Positions 11,051-19,479 are shown, numbered from the stretch's first letter. The stretch: 64,000 bases of DNA from Phycisphaerales bacterium (GCA_965227775.1 OZ245777.1:960001-1024000), one strand, 5' to 3'. The notes: generated by a model not told the origin, from the letters alone. Made by a program: numbers and translations.

Positions 11051-11725
11051 CTATCCGCCGAAGGCCTTGCGCACCAGATCGCCGAACGATACCCGCTCCT
11101 GCTCCTCGCGCACGGCCGCCTCGATCGTGTCGAACTCGAGCACCTCGGGTGCCTCGATCAGCGGCCGCCGCCGCGCCTCGTCGACGCGAACCAGCCCCAG
11201 CGCGCCCTGTCCCGTGACGTTCACCTGCCACACGCCCTCGCCCAGCGAGCGATAGACCGCCTTGCCCACCAGCGCCCCCGGCTCGTCCCAGTCGACATCG
11301 ACCAGCTCGGGGTCGATCACGATGCCCTCGGTCGGGGGCGTGCGGTCATCGAATACCCGCCGGATCCAGAGCCGACCGCCGATAACTACATAGTCGACGT
11401 AGATTTCTCGCTGCGGGTCGTACGGCGTGGGGATCACCGTTTCGACCCCCCGGCGGCTGCGCACGCGCACACTCATCGACTCGCCCTCGACCACCAGTTC
11501 GGTGACCGCGGCCTGCGACACAGCGGCATTAAACTGCTCTACGAGGGCCGTGTAGTCTCGAGCGACCTCCTGCAGACGATCGCGATAGATATCGGCCCTT
11601 AGGTCGGCGCGGGCTCTCGACAATGCCAAATACCCACCGACCAGTACCAGCAGCATGGTAATCAGGGCAAGCCCCGACGTAAAAATCCTGCCCGCTGGGT
11701 ATTTTCCGCTTGACATCGAAGGCAT
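11051..11725 (-). CDS. Hypothetical membrane-anchored protein (N-terminal TM, coiled coil, beta domain)
   Basis: Single hydrophobic segment LALITMLLVLVGGYLAL; host-like codon use; co-oriented upstream of glyQS. Confidence 0.7.
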   Translation of the reverse strand: MPSMSSGKYPAGRIFTSGLALITMLLVLVGGYLALSRARADLRADIYRDRLQEVARDYTALVEQFNAAVSQAAVTELVVEGESMSVRVRSRRGVETVIPTPYDPQREIYVDYVVIGGRLWIRRVFDDRTPPTEGIVIDPELVDVDWDEPGALVGKAVYRSLGEGVWQVNVTGQGALGLVRVDEARRRPLIEAPEVLEFDTIEAAVREEQERVSFGDLVRKAFGG

Positions 11726-12135
11726 CTGGGGCCATTGTAGTAACCAGAGAGATCGTGGAGGACAGCGGTATTTTCTGGATCAACATCCACAGACTAGATC
11801 GTTGATCGGCCCTCGTCGGTGCATCGCTCGCGATGCGACCCGCGAGGATTCGTCGCTTGTCCACCATGAGAGAGAGGAACGTGTCGCCAAGGCAGCCGGC
11901 GACACCCACCGATATGAAGGCCCCAGCGGGGGCCGGCTCGGACCGCGGCTCGGAGGGCCGCAACCGAGTTCAAACGAAAGATGGGGGTTTCGCACGGTGC
12001 TTTCCCGCCCGGTGTGCACACCCAAACAAGCTTGCTGACCCGCGGCCGTTCGGACAACGGCCTCGGTTTCCGTTTCAATGGCCTGGCAGCGTGCCGGGCA
12101 TACCCAGTTTCCATTTGCAAATGGGGTTTGAAGAG

Positions 12136-14048
12136 ATGATGAACACTCAGAAGGTTCTCGCCGCCGCCGCGATCCTCGCGGCCGCCGGCACCACGTTTGC
12201 CCAGGTCACCCCTGGCTCGTTCGCTCCTGACGCCACCGAGGACATGGAGGGCACCGGCGGTGCTCGTACCTTCCTCACCAGCATCTTCGGCGGCGACGTC
12301 GGCGTTGGTGGCGACCTGAGCTTCGCCTCGGTCGACTTCGGCGATTGGCAGGACTTCCGCACCCCCGGTGGCCCCATCAGCCCACCAGCGGCAGCATCTT
12401 CGGCACGATCTTCGGCTTCGGCTCTGTCACCTTTGACTTCACCGGCATCGGTGGCATCACCGCGTTCGGCTTCGAGGCCAGCGCCGCGGGCGTGGGCGCT
12501 GATGACATCGAGTTCTTCGACCTCGGTGGCAGCAGCATCGGCTTCTTCAGCGACGCCGACGGCTACGGCCCCGGCGACGGCACCATGGAGCCCAAGGCTT
12601 GGACCTCGACCGTCGCCATCGGCTCGGTCACCGTCACCGGTCCCGAGACCGCGTTCGATGACTTCAGCTACGCCCAGGGCGACGTTCCCGCGCGTATCGT
12701 TCTGTTCAGCGACAGCAACGGCGACTTCCCGGCTCAGGCCGCCGCCGACAACCTCGGCCTGAACTACGACTTCATCGACGGCGACTACCCGGCTCTGAAC
12801 GCCGCCCTCGCCAGCGGTGACTACATCTTCGCCATCATCCACAACCCGGCCAACAACTTCGCCGCCGGCTTCGATGCCGAGCTCGACAACTTCGTCAGCG
12901 GTGGCAACCGCGTCCACTTCTCGTTCTGGAACACTGGATGCCGATCCCAGCCTGCAAGGCACCCTAGGTGTCGACAGCACCGTCGACTTCTTCGCCCGCG
13001 TCCGGTCTTCAACAACGCTGGTCACCCATCGTGGGGCGGCGCCGCCAGCCCGGTCATGGTTGACGCCGATGACTGGAACGACAACGGCGACAGCCTGACC
13101 GGTGACGAGGTCGTCTCGACGTTCGACAGCGATTCGGGCGATGGTGCCACGGTCGTCAGCAACGACAACCGCACCCTGGCCAACGGCTTCGAGTACGACT
13201 CGATGGTCCAGCCTGAGATGATCGACCTGCTCGAGGCGCAGATCGCCTGGGTCGAGACGGCGGCTCCCCCGCCCCCGCCCCCCGGCAGCCAGGTCATCCA
13301 GTTCCAGTCCGGCAACGACGGCCACCTGGCCGCCGCCGTCGGCACCGCTGGCATCACCCCGGACCTCGTGCTCGAGAGCGACTTCCCGGGCCTGACCGCT
13401 GCCCTGAACAACCCGGACTTCGGTGTTGCTCTGGTCAGCAACCCCTGCTGCTTCTTCGACGCCGGCACCCCCGCGGCCTTCGATGACTTCATCGATCGCG
13501 GCAACAGCGCCCACCTGTCCTTCTGGAACATGGACGCCGAGCCCGTGCTGCAGGACGCCTTCGGCGTTGCGACGGCCTTCGACTTCTTCACCCCGCGTCC
13601 CGTCTTCGACAACGCCGGTCACCCCTCGTGGGGCGGCGCGACCAGCCCGGTCAGCGTCGACGTCCTCCCGAGCCCGTGGAACGACAACGGCGACAGCATG
13701 ACCGCTGGCGCTGGTGCCGAGGTCGTCGGTACCTTCGACTCCACGAGTGGCGATGGCGCCATCATCGTTGCCAACGGCGACACCACCCTCTTCAACGGCT
13801 TCGACTATGACTCGATGACCGATGGCGAGGTCCGTGACCTGCTGGCCGCCCAGCTCGGCTGGCTCGGCACGGGCGACGACTGCTACGCCGACTTCGATGG
13901 CGACGGCAGCCTGACCATCTTCGACTTCCTCGCGTTCCAGAACGCGTTCGATGGCGGCGACCTGGCGGCCGACTGCGATGAGGACGGCATCCTCACGCTG
14001 TTCGACTTCCTCTGCTTCCAGAACGCCTTCGACGCGGGTTGCGACTAA
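12136..14048 (+). pseudogene. Large secreted GC-type dockerin protein with two tandem ~190-aa repeats, interrupted by three single-base indels (true pseudogene or assembly errors)
   Basis: Signal peptide MMNTQKVLAAAAILAAAGTTFAQ in one frame; body resumes in another frame at ~12378; compensating +1/-1 pair at ~12933 and ~12996 seen by comparison with repeat 2; dockerin tail ending AGCD. Confidence 0.8.
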
Positions 14049-14108
14049 GGCTTGTTCCTTCCCCAGTCTGTTTACGGTCACGATTGAATACCTTCTGAGT
14101 GACCATCG

Positions 14109-14140
14109 GGCCCCCCGGATGTCCGCCGGGGGGCCTTTTC
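14109..14140 (+). terminator. Intrinsic terminator
   Basis: GGCCCCCCGG-ATGTCCG-CCGGGGGGCC followed by TTTTCT. Confidence 0.8.
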
Positions 14141-14144
14141 TATT

Positions 14145-14444
14145 TCATCGCATCTCGTGTGACATGGGTGCCGGAGCTCCGGGCGCCGTGCGCTCGGGTG
14201 CCAACTCGCGAATGAACGATGCGAGTTCGCGTTGGCCGATCTCCAGCGACGCCATCGCCCGCGTGTTCGCCTCGACTACGCGCAGCACGACCGCCAGCGA
14301 CTCCTGCTCCTGCGCCAGCCGGCGGTGGGCCTCCTCGATCTGCCGTTCACGCGCCAGCCCGGCCCGTCGCTCGGTGAGCCACATCCACGCGATCAACCCT
14401 GCCATGCCGAACTGGGCAAGCATGCTCGCTACCTCACCCTGCAT
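14145..14444 (-). CDS. BhlA/UviB-like holin-type small membrane protein
   Basis: Start MQGEVAS (14444); N-terminal QFGMAGLIAWMWL TM segment, then RRAGLARERQ and a coiled coil; last gene of the phage-like operon. Confidence 0.5.
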   Translation of the reverse strand: MQGEVASMLAQFGMAGLIAWMWLTERRAGLARERQIEEAHRRLAQEQESLAVVLRVVEANTRAMASLEIGQRELASFIRELAPERTAPGAPAPMSHEMR

Positions 14445-14446
14445 GG

Positions 14447-14836
14447 CTACTGCCCCACCTTGCGGAACACCGCCTCGTATCCCACGGACCACACGCGTCC
14501 CACATCCACCGGCCCGGTCTCTCGATACCCGGTCATCCACATGCTGGGCCAGCTCCGCCCTTGCCCGTCCTCCAGCGTGGTCGCACTGGGCGAGGGCGAT
14601 AGCTCGCTGGTCATCGCGTCGCGCAGCGCCCACAGCGCCGCTTCCGAGGCAGCAATCAGGCGACCCCGCACGGTCACCGAGAGCTGCACCGGGCCTAACT
14701 GATTCCATTTGGCGCTCGGCGGTGTCTGCAGCGTGGGCGACGTGCCCGGCGGCGTCTCGGTCTGACCCTGTCGCTGCATCTCGAATCGATGCGGCCCGCT
14801 GGCGAACAGCGGAGTTCCGTCGTACATGCTCGGCAT
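14447..14836 (-). CDS. Putative tail-tube initiator / GpU- or Dit-like protein
   Basis: AAGGAG RBS, start MPSMYDG; pattern LGPxxLSVTVRGRL..ALWALRDAM..LEDGQGRSW..W..GYRET..YEAVF recalls the P2 GpU/tail-tube-fold layout; operon context. Confidence 0.45.
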   Translation of the reverse strand: MPSMYDGTPLFASGPHRFEMQRQGQTETPPGTSPTLQTPPSAKWNQLGPVQLSVTVRGRLIAASEAALWALRDAMTSELSPSPSATTLEDGQGRSWPSMWMTGYRETGPVDVGRVWSVGYEAVFRKVGQ

Positions 14837-14855
14837 GCCTCGCTCCTTCCTGCGC

Positions 14856-15275
14856 CTACTGGGCGCCGTCTTCCGCATCGCTCACATTGATCGGGTCGTT
14901 CGAGCCGTTGTCAGAGATCGCGTACATCTTGATGCGACGCTGCGCCGTACCACCGGGCTCGACGTCTTCGCGCACCGAGGTAATGACCACGCTCGCCTCG
15001 ACCCGCCGCCGACCGCCGCTGCCGGCGGTGGGTGATGCAAAGAACACCAGCGTCCCGTCGTCGCCCGGCGCCGGCCCCTCGAGCGACCCGCGCTCCAGGT
15101 CGGCCACCAGCTCGATCTCCACGCGCTGCTCGGGCACGTCGGCAAACGTCGGGTACGGACCCGTGTTGCCCCACTCCAGCAGTGAGCGCTCGGGCGTGCG
15201 ATGCACCGCCACGCGTCGCACACGTTCGATGGTCTCGCCCAGGAACGTGACCGAGTGCGGATTCAACACAAGCAT
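14856..15275 (-). CDS. Putative tail-tube-like beta protein
   Basis: 139 aa, alternating beta-strand pattern, directly downstream of the head-tail adaptor; size fits a tail-tube/Hcp-like fold. Confidence 0.4.
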   Translation of the reverse strand: MLVLNPHSVTFLGETIERVRRVAVHRTPERSLLEWGNTGPYPTFADVPEQRVEIELVADLERGSLEGPAPGDDGTLVFFASPTAGSGGRRRVEASVVITSVREDVEPGGTAQRRIKMYAISDNGSNDPINVSDAEDGAQ

Positions 15276-15288
15276 CTCCCGCCTCCCA

Positions 15289-15918
15289 TCAACCGCGGAC
15301 CAGGTGCATCAGCGAGGGCCGGCGGGTCGCATCCACCGCGCCGTCGCCATCCAGGTCGAGCCCAACCGCCAGCGTCTGGCGCGCCCGTGCGAACATGTCG
15401 GCGTACATCGAAGCTCGAGCACCGAGCGCCGAGCTCGGCCCGCTGAGCGCCGAGGCGGCCGCATACACGAGGTGCAACGTCCCGAGCGCCTCGGCGTGGG
15501 CCAACGCCGCCGCATCGACGACCGACTCGGCTCCCGGCCCGTCGGGCTGGTCGAGCCCAAGCAGACCAAGGAGTTGCCGGTGCACGATCGCCCGCTGCGG
15601 CGCGAACGTCACGAGCGTGAATGGCGCAGCCGACGACGCCACCGGTGGCATCGCGTCGTCCTCGGTTGAGGCCCGCAGCCGCGATACTTCCAGCACCGTG
15701 CCGGAAGTTACTTCGGTGATCTCAAGCGGCACGCCGTTGTACACCAGCACTTGCCCGGCCTCGGCTTGCGCCTCGGCGAAGGTCGTGGTCGCGCTTGCAA
15801 CGGTGAGTGTGGTGCCGCTGACACCCGCCGTGCCCGAGGCGAGGCGTCGCCCCGCCCACAGCGCATCGGTGAAGGCGTGCGGTTCGATTGCCAGCATGTC
15901 CCTGTCTTGTGCAAACAT
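15289..15918 (-). CDS. Putative head-tail adaptor/connector protein
   Basis: AAGGAG RBS, start MFAQDRD; follows the capsid gene; helical C-half ending in DLDGDGAVD plus an inserted beta domain. Confidence 0.55.
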   Translation of the reverse strand: MFAQDRDMLAIEPHAFTDALWAGRRLASGTAGVSGTTLTVASATTTFAEAQAEAGQVLVYNGVPLEITEVTSGTVLEVSRLRASTEDDAMPPVASSAAPFTLVTFAPQRAIVHRQLLGLLGLDQPDGPGAESVVDAAALAHAEALGTLHLVYAAASALSGPSSALGARASMYADMFARARQTLAVGLDLDGDGAVDATRRPSLMHLVRG

Positions 15919-15961
15919 CGCGTGCTCCTTGCGCGCGCAGTCGCGCGGCTCTTCTTTCTGC

Positions 15962-15992
15962 AAACCCGCGGGCCGGTGTTACCCGGCCCGCG
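15962..15992 (-). terminator. Hairpin (attenuator or weak terminator) after the major capsid gene
   Basis: Perfect 10-bp stem CGCGGGCCGG/CCGGCCCGCG (15967-15992), followed on the minus strand by GGTTTG. Confidence 0.45.
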
Positions 15993-16049
15993 AGCCGGCG
16001 GCCGCCCCCACACGAAACCGCCGTGCCCTTCGGCACCCCGCGAGGCAAG

Positions 16050-17222
16050 TCAGCTCGTGGCCAATCCGCTCAGCACGCCGTGCGCGTTCTCATTGCGCAG
16101 CTCCAGCGTGTACTCACCGATGACCTGGCCCATGGCTGCATCGCCGGTGGCCGCCAGCGGCTTGTAGTGGAAGCTTCGCCCCTCGAGCGGCATTACCTCG
16201 ATGCGGCTGGAATCCAGCAGCAGCAGGCTGTCGGCGGGCATCCAGCGAGACACAACGACGCGGCACACGCCAAAGTCGCTCTCGTATACGCTCACCAGGT
16301 CGCTGTAGCGATCATCGCTCGGGCCATAGCGGCGTGACGATGTCAGGAACGCGTTGATGCGCCGCTTCTGTAGCCCGCCGCACACGATCGTGTCGATCGG
16401 CCCGGACGACTGCTCCCACACCTCGCGCAGGGCGGCGTTGAGCACTTCTTCGGTCAGCCCATCCGAGCCGGCGCCCGAGCCGCCGGGAATCGCCCCCACG
16501 CCGGGCTCAAACTGATTGGTGGCGATGCCGTGGATGAGGCCGTACATCGATCGCCGCACCGATGATGATCCCTGCGGCGAGCTGGCGGGCGATACGCCGT
16601 TGATCACGCAATTTTCCAGATCGCGAAGGAGCTCGCGCATGCGCTCCTGCTTCTGGTAGTCCAGCTCGTCGGCAATGCCGTGCGCCTGTGCGGCCTGCAT
16701 CGAGCCTGAGACCTCAACGGCGGCCGTGAAGATCTGTGTGTAGTTGGCCTTTCGCACGCGGTTAGTGAAGCGTGCGTCGGGCGCGTTGGCGCCTTCGAGC
16801 GCCGCGTTGCCCAGGATGGTCAGCACCATACTCTCGGCGATTCCGACGGTATCGGTTGCGCCATAGCCGCGTACGACGGTGATGGTGTCCGGCGCGACGC
16901 CAGTGACAAGCATGACCTCGGGCCCCTCGCCCGGGCGAACGAGATCTCCCACGCGGAATCGCGAGCCGTCGTCGACCTCGATGGATGTGTCGGTGAAGGG
17001 CGTGGGCGAGAACGCCTGGGCGATCGCCACGCCCGTGTTGGGCAGCAGCTCGTCTTCGATCCACTCGTGCACGGTGCTGGCCGCTGCCCGCCGGGCGTCA
17101 CCCAAGTGATCGAGCAGCGGGGTCTCGAAGGGGCTGACGATGCCGATGATGTCCGAGACGTCCTCGACGAGTTCGGGAAGCGTGCTGCCGGCCGAGAACG
17201 TTGCCTTACCGGTGAATGCCAT
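16050..17222 (-). CDS. Major capsid protein, DUF5309/SU10-type HK97 fold
   Basis: EDVSDIIGIVSPFETPLL, STVHEWIEDEL, NYTQIF, SGSMQA, YESDFG, GEYTLELRNENAHG are recognisable family motifs; AAAGGAG RBS. Confidence 0.85.
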   Translation of the reverse strand: MAFTGKATFSAGSTLPELVEDVSDIIGIVSPFETPLLDHLGDARRAAASTVHEWIEDELLPNTGVAIAQAFSPTPFTDTSIEVDDGSRFRVGDLVRPGEGPEVMLVTGVAPDTITVVRGYGATDTVGIAESMVLTILGNAALEGANAPDARFTNRVRKANYTQIFTAAVEVSGSMQAAQAHGIADELDYQKQERMRELLRDLENCVINGVSPASSPQGSSSVRRSMYGLIHGIATNQFEPGVGAIPGGSGAGSDGLTEEVLNAALREVWEQSSGPIDTIVCGGLQKRRINAFLTSSRRYGPSDDRYSDLVSVYESDFGVCRVVVSRWMPADSLLLLDSSRIEVMPLEGRSFHYKPLAATGDAAMGQVIGEYTLELRNENAHGVLSGLATS

Positions 17223-17292
17223 GCGAATCTCCTTTGGTCAGGTGCGTGGCGTGCGAAACGGGAGCGGGGGCAAGGGCTGGGAACGGGTGGAC

Positions 17293-17757
17293 CTAGCTGC
17301 TGCGTCGGAGGCGCAGGTACTTCATGAATGCTCGCCGGTCGCCGCTGGCGCGTGCGTCGTCTCGCGCACGGTCGACCACCGCACGGCCTGGTGCACCCTG
17401 GGAGGGATGGCTCGGGCTCATGGCCGTCGCCCGTGCTGAGCTGCTGCGGAAGAGCGCGGGCCGCTCGCGCTGTAGCTGGGCGATGACGCGGCTCGGCGTT
17501 GCGTCTTCGTCGCGCTCCAGGCGGCTCTCGACCAGCAGCGCGAGCGACTCCGTGTCGATTGCACCGGCCTGGGCGAGCCCTCTCTCGATGGCGCCGCGGC
17601 GCTCGAGCCGGGCCGACTGCTGGCGCAGGTCCTCGAGCTGGGCGTCGCGGGCGCGCAGCTGGTCGGCCAGGTCACTTGCCATCTGCGTGCGCTCGGCGAG
17701 CGCTTCCCGCAGGTCGTTGTCGTTGGTGGCACTGTCGTTGGGTGTGCTCTCAGGCAT
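17293..17757 (-). CDS. Putative capsid scaffolding protein
   Basis: Start MPEST overlaps portal stop (ATGCCTGA); coiled-coil N-half, GAIDTE and RERPALF motifs; sits between portal and capsid. Confidence 0.65.
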   Translation of the reverse strand: MPESTPNDSATNDNDLREALAERTQMASDLADQLRARDAQLEDLRQQSARLERRGAIERGLAQAGAIDTESLALLVESRLERDEDATPSRVIAQLQRERPALFRSSSARATAMSPSHPSQGAPGRAVVDRARDDARASGDRRAFMKYLRLRRSS

Positions 17758-19213
17758 TGGTGTTCTCCGTTTGGGGTGCGGGCTGCGCGTACCCGAGCTC
17801 TGCCAGCACGCGTTCGCGGTCGATGCCAAGCTCGGTCTTGCGCTGCGCGTTCAGCAGCCGCTCGTCTTGGTCGAGGTCGATGGCGTCGGGCCAGTGCACG
17901 GTGACGGTGCGGTCTTGTGGTTCGGTGGCGTGCGTGCCGGCGCGGTCGAGGGCCTCGAGGATGAGGGCGCTCATGCGCGCCACGCCCGCGCCATAGCCGA
18001 CGCGCTTGCGACGCGTCTTGCTGAGCAGGCCCAGCATGGTCACGCGGAGCGCGTTGCCGCTGGACAAGCTGCCGATCTTGGCGCGCACGACGCCCGCGGC
18101 GATGGGCGGCACGCCCGAGGTCTTGTCCATCGCCTCGCGGATGTCCTCGACGTGGAGCGTTTCGCTTGGTGAGTCGGCGTCGCCGCCGAAGGATGTGACC
18201 TGGGCGTCGGGGTTGTCGGTGCTCAGCACGCGGCCGGGGCCGATGCGGACCTGGTCGAAGCCCTCGATGCCCTTGGCGAGGTACATCTTGAAGCTCTGCA
18301 TGGTCACGCGGGCGGCGCGGTCGCTCAGGCGCGTGTTCAACTCGTCTTGCAGGGGCACGAGCGGCTCGACCTCGCCGATGCCGGCGTAGCAGAGCGGCTG
18401 CGGGATGTTCTGCACGTGCACCACCGGCACGCGGCCGGGCGAGGCGCGGTTTGGCCCTTCGGCAACCAGCTCGCCGTCGACGTATACCTGCCGCCACGCG
18501 CCGCTGAGGATTTCGGTGACGCGCTCGGTGTCGAGCGTGCGGCCGTGGCGGTCGTCCCCGTCGGCCAAAGAGGTGCGGCGGGTGAAGTCGATGGCGTACG
18601 CCTCGAGGCGGCGGTAGTCGCCCGCGTCGATGATGGGCACGCCGCGCGTCGGGTCGATCGCCTCGACGCGGATGGCTTCGGCCAGCACCTCACTGGGCAA
18701 TTCCAGCAGCGTGTCGAGGTCGGGCGCGAGGGCGGTCAGGCGCTCGATGTCACAGCGGAGCAGGAGATCGATGTGGCCGTAGACATGGCCCAGCAGGAGC
18801 GCGTCGTGCAGGAGGGAGAGGCCGCCCGAGGCCTCCCACACGGCGTCGAGCGCTGCCTCGATGGCGCGGCGCTGCTCGGGGCGGCCGGCCTTGCTGAGCA
18901 GCACGAGCGGCTCGGGCAGCATGAAGTCGACCATGGTGTTGATGCGCCAGGCGATGTCGTTCTCGATGACGACCTCGCTGGCGGCGGCGTCGACCATGCG
19001 GTCGTCGGACCACGGGTCCCACGCGCCGCGCAGGCGCGGTGGGAGGCCGGCGGCTTGCGGGAGTTCGCCGCCGGGACGCGTGGGCTCGTTGCGGAAGTAG
19101 CCCCAGAGCCATCGCAGTCGCGGCGCGACGTCGCGCTCGTGCTCGGCGAGGATGATCTCGAGGGCCTGCGGCGACAGGTTTGTGTCGGTGAAGGGTGCGA
19201 GATTGAACGCCAC
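17750..19213 (-). CDS. Phage portal protein (SPP1 Gp6-like)
   Basis: 487 aa; GRVPVVHVQN..GIGEVEPLVPLQDELNTRLSD, LSSGNALR and VTVHWPD match the Gp6-like layout; GGAGG RBS before GTG. Confidence 0.85.
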   Translation of the reverse strand: MAFNLAPFTDTNLSPQALEIILAEHERDVAPRLRWLWGYFRNEPTRPGGELPQAAGLPPRLRGAWDPWSDDRMVDAAASEVVIENDIAWRINTMVDFMLPEPLVLLSKAGRPEQRRAIEAALDAVWEASGGLSLLHDALLLGHVYGHIDLLLRCDIERLTALAPDLDTLLELPSEVLAEAIRVEAIDPTRGVPIIDAGDYRRLEAYAIDFTRRTSLADGDDRHGRTLDTERVTEILSGAWRQVYVDGELVAEGPNRASPGRVPVVHVQNIPQPLCYAGIGEVEPLVPLQDELNTRLSDRAARVTMQSFKMYLAKGIEGFDQVRIGPGRVLSTDNPDAQVTSFGGDADSPSETLHVEDIREAMDKTSGVPPIAAGVVRAKIGSLSSGNALRVTMLGLLSKTRRKRVGYGAGVARMSALILEALDRAGTHATEPQDRTVTVHWPDAIDLDQDERLLNAQRKTELGIDRERVLAELGYAQPAPQTENTNA

Positions 19214-19479
19214 GGGCGACCTCCCTTGGGAAAGGGCGTTTGGTGCTGGCCCCGTGAACTCGGGGGCCTGTCACCCAACGGGCGGTCGGACAGGTGGTGG
19301 CGCGCGAGTGCGGTTGTCTTGTTCGCGTGCACAGCTATGAAGCCTCGGTACTCGTGGGGCTTGGCGCGATCTAAGAAACTTGCTGTGTCGGGCGACTTCA
19401 ACGACACGACGTGCGCACGCGAGCGGAGATGCTCGCGTTCGTGGCGTCGACGAATGGATGGATCAGCTAGCTCGGGCGA

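Larger units (their letters stand above)
14145..19213 (-). mobile_element. Minimal phage-derived structural operon (GTA-like candidate or prophage relic)
   Basis: Seven co-oriented intact ORFs, portal to holin-like; no integrase, terminase, replication gene or att repeat seen in the window. Confidence 0.7.

Noticed and set aside
15320..15360. DLDGDGAVD in the adaptor as a dockerin linking particles to the dockerin system
   Set aside because: It is a single DxDGDG loop without the IFDFL/FQN helix, second repeat or terminal GC; such loops are common Ca-binding motifs.
14145..19213. Complete inducible prophage, PICI/satellite, or encapsulin
   Set aside because: No integrase, repressor, primase/replication, terminase or att repeats were seen. 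A portal, scaffold and adaptor are not features of encapsulin loci.
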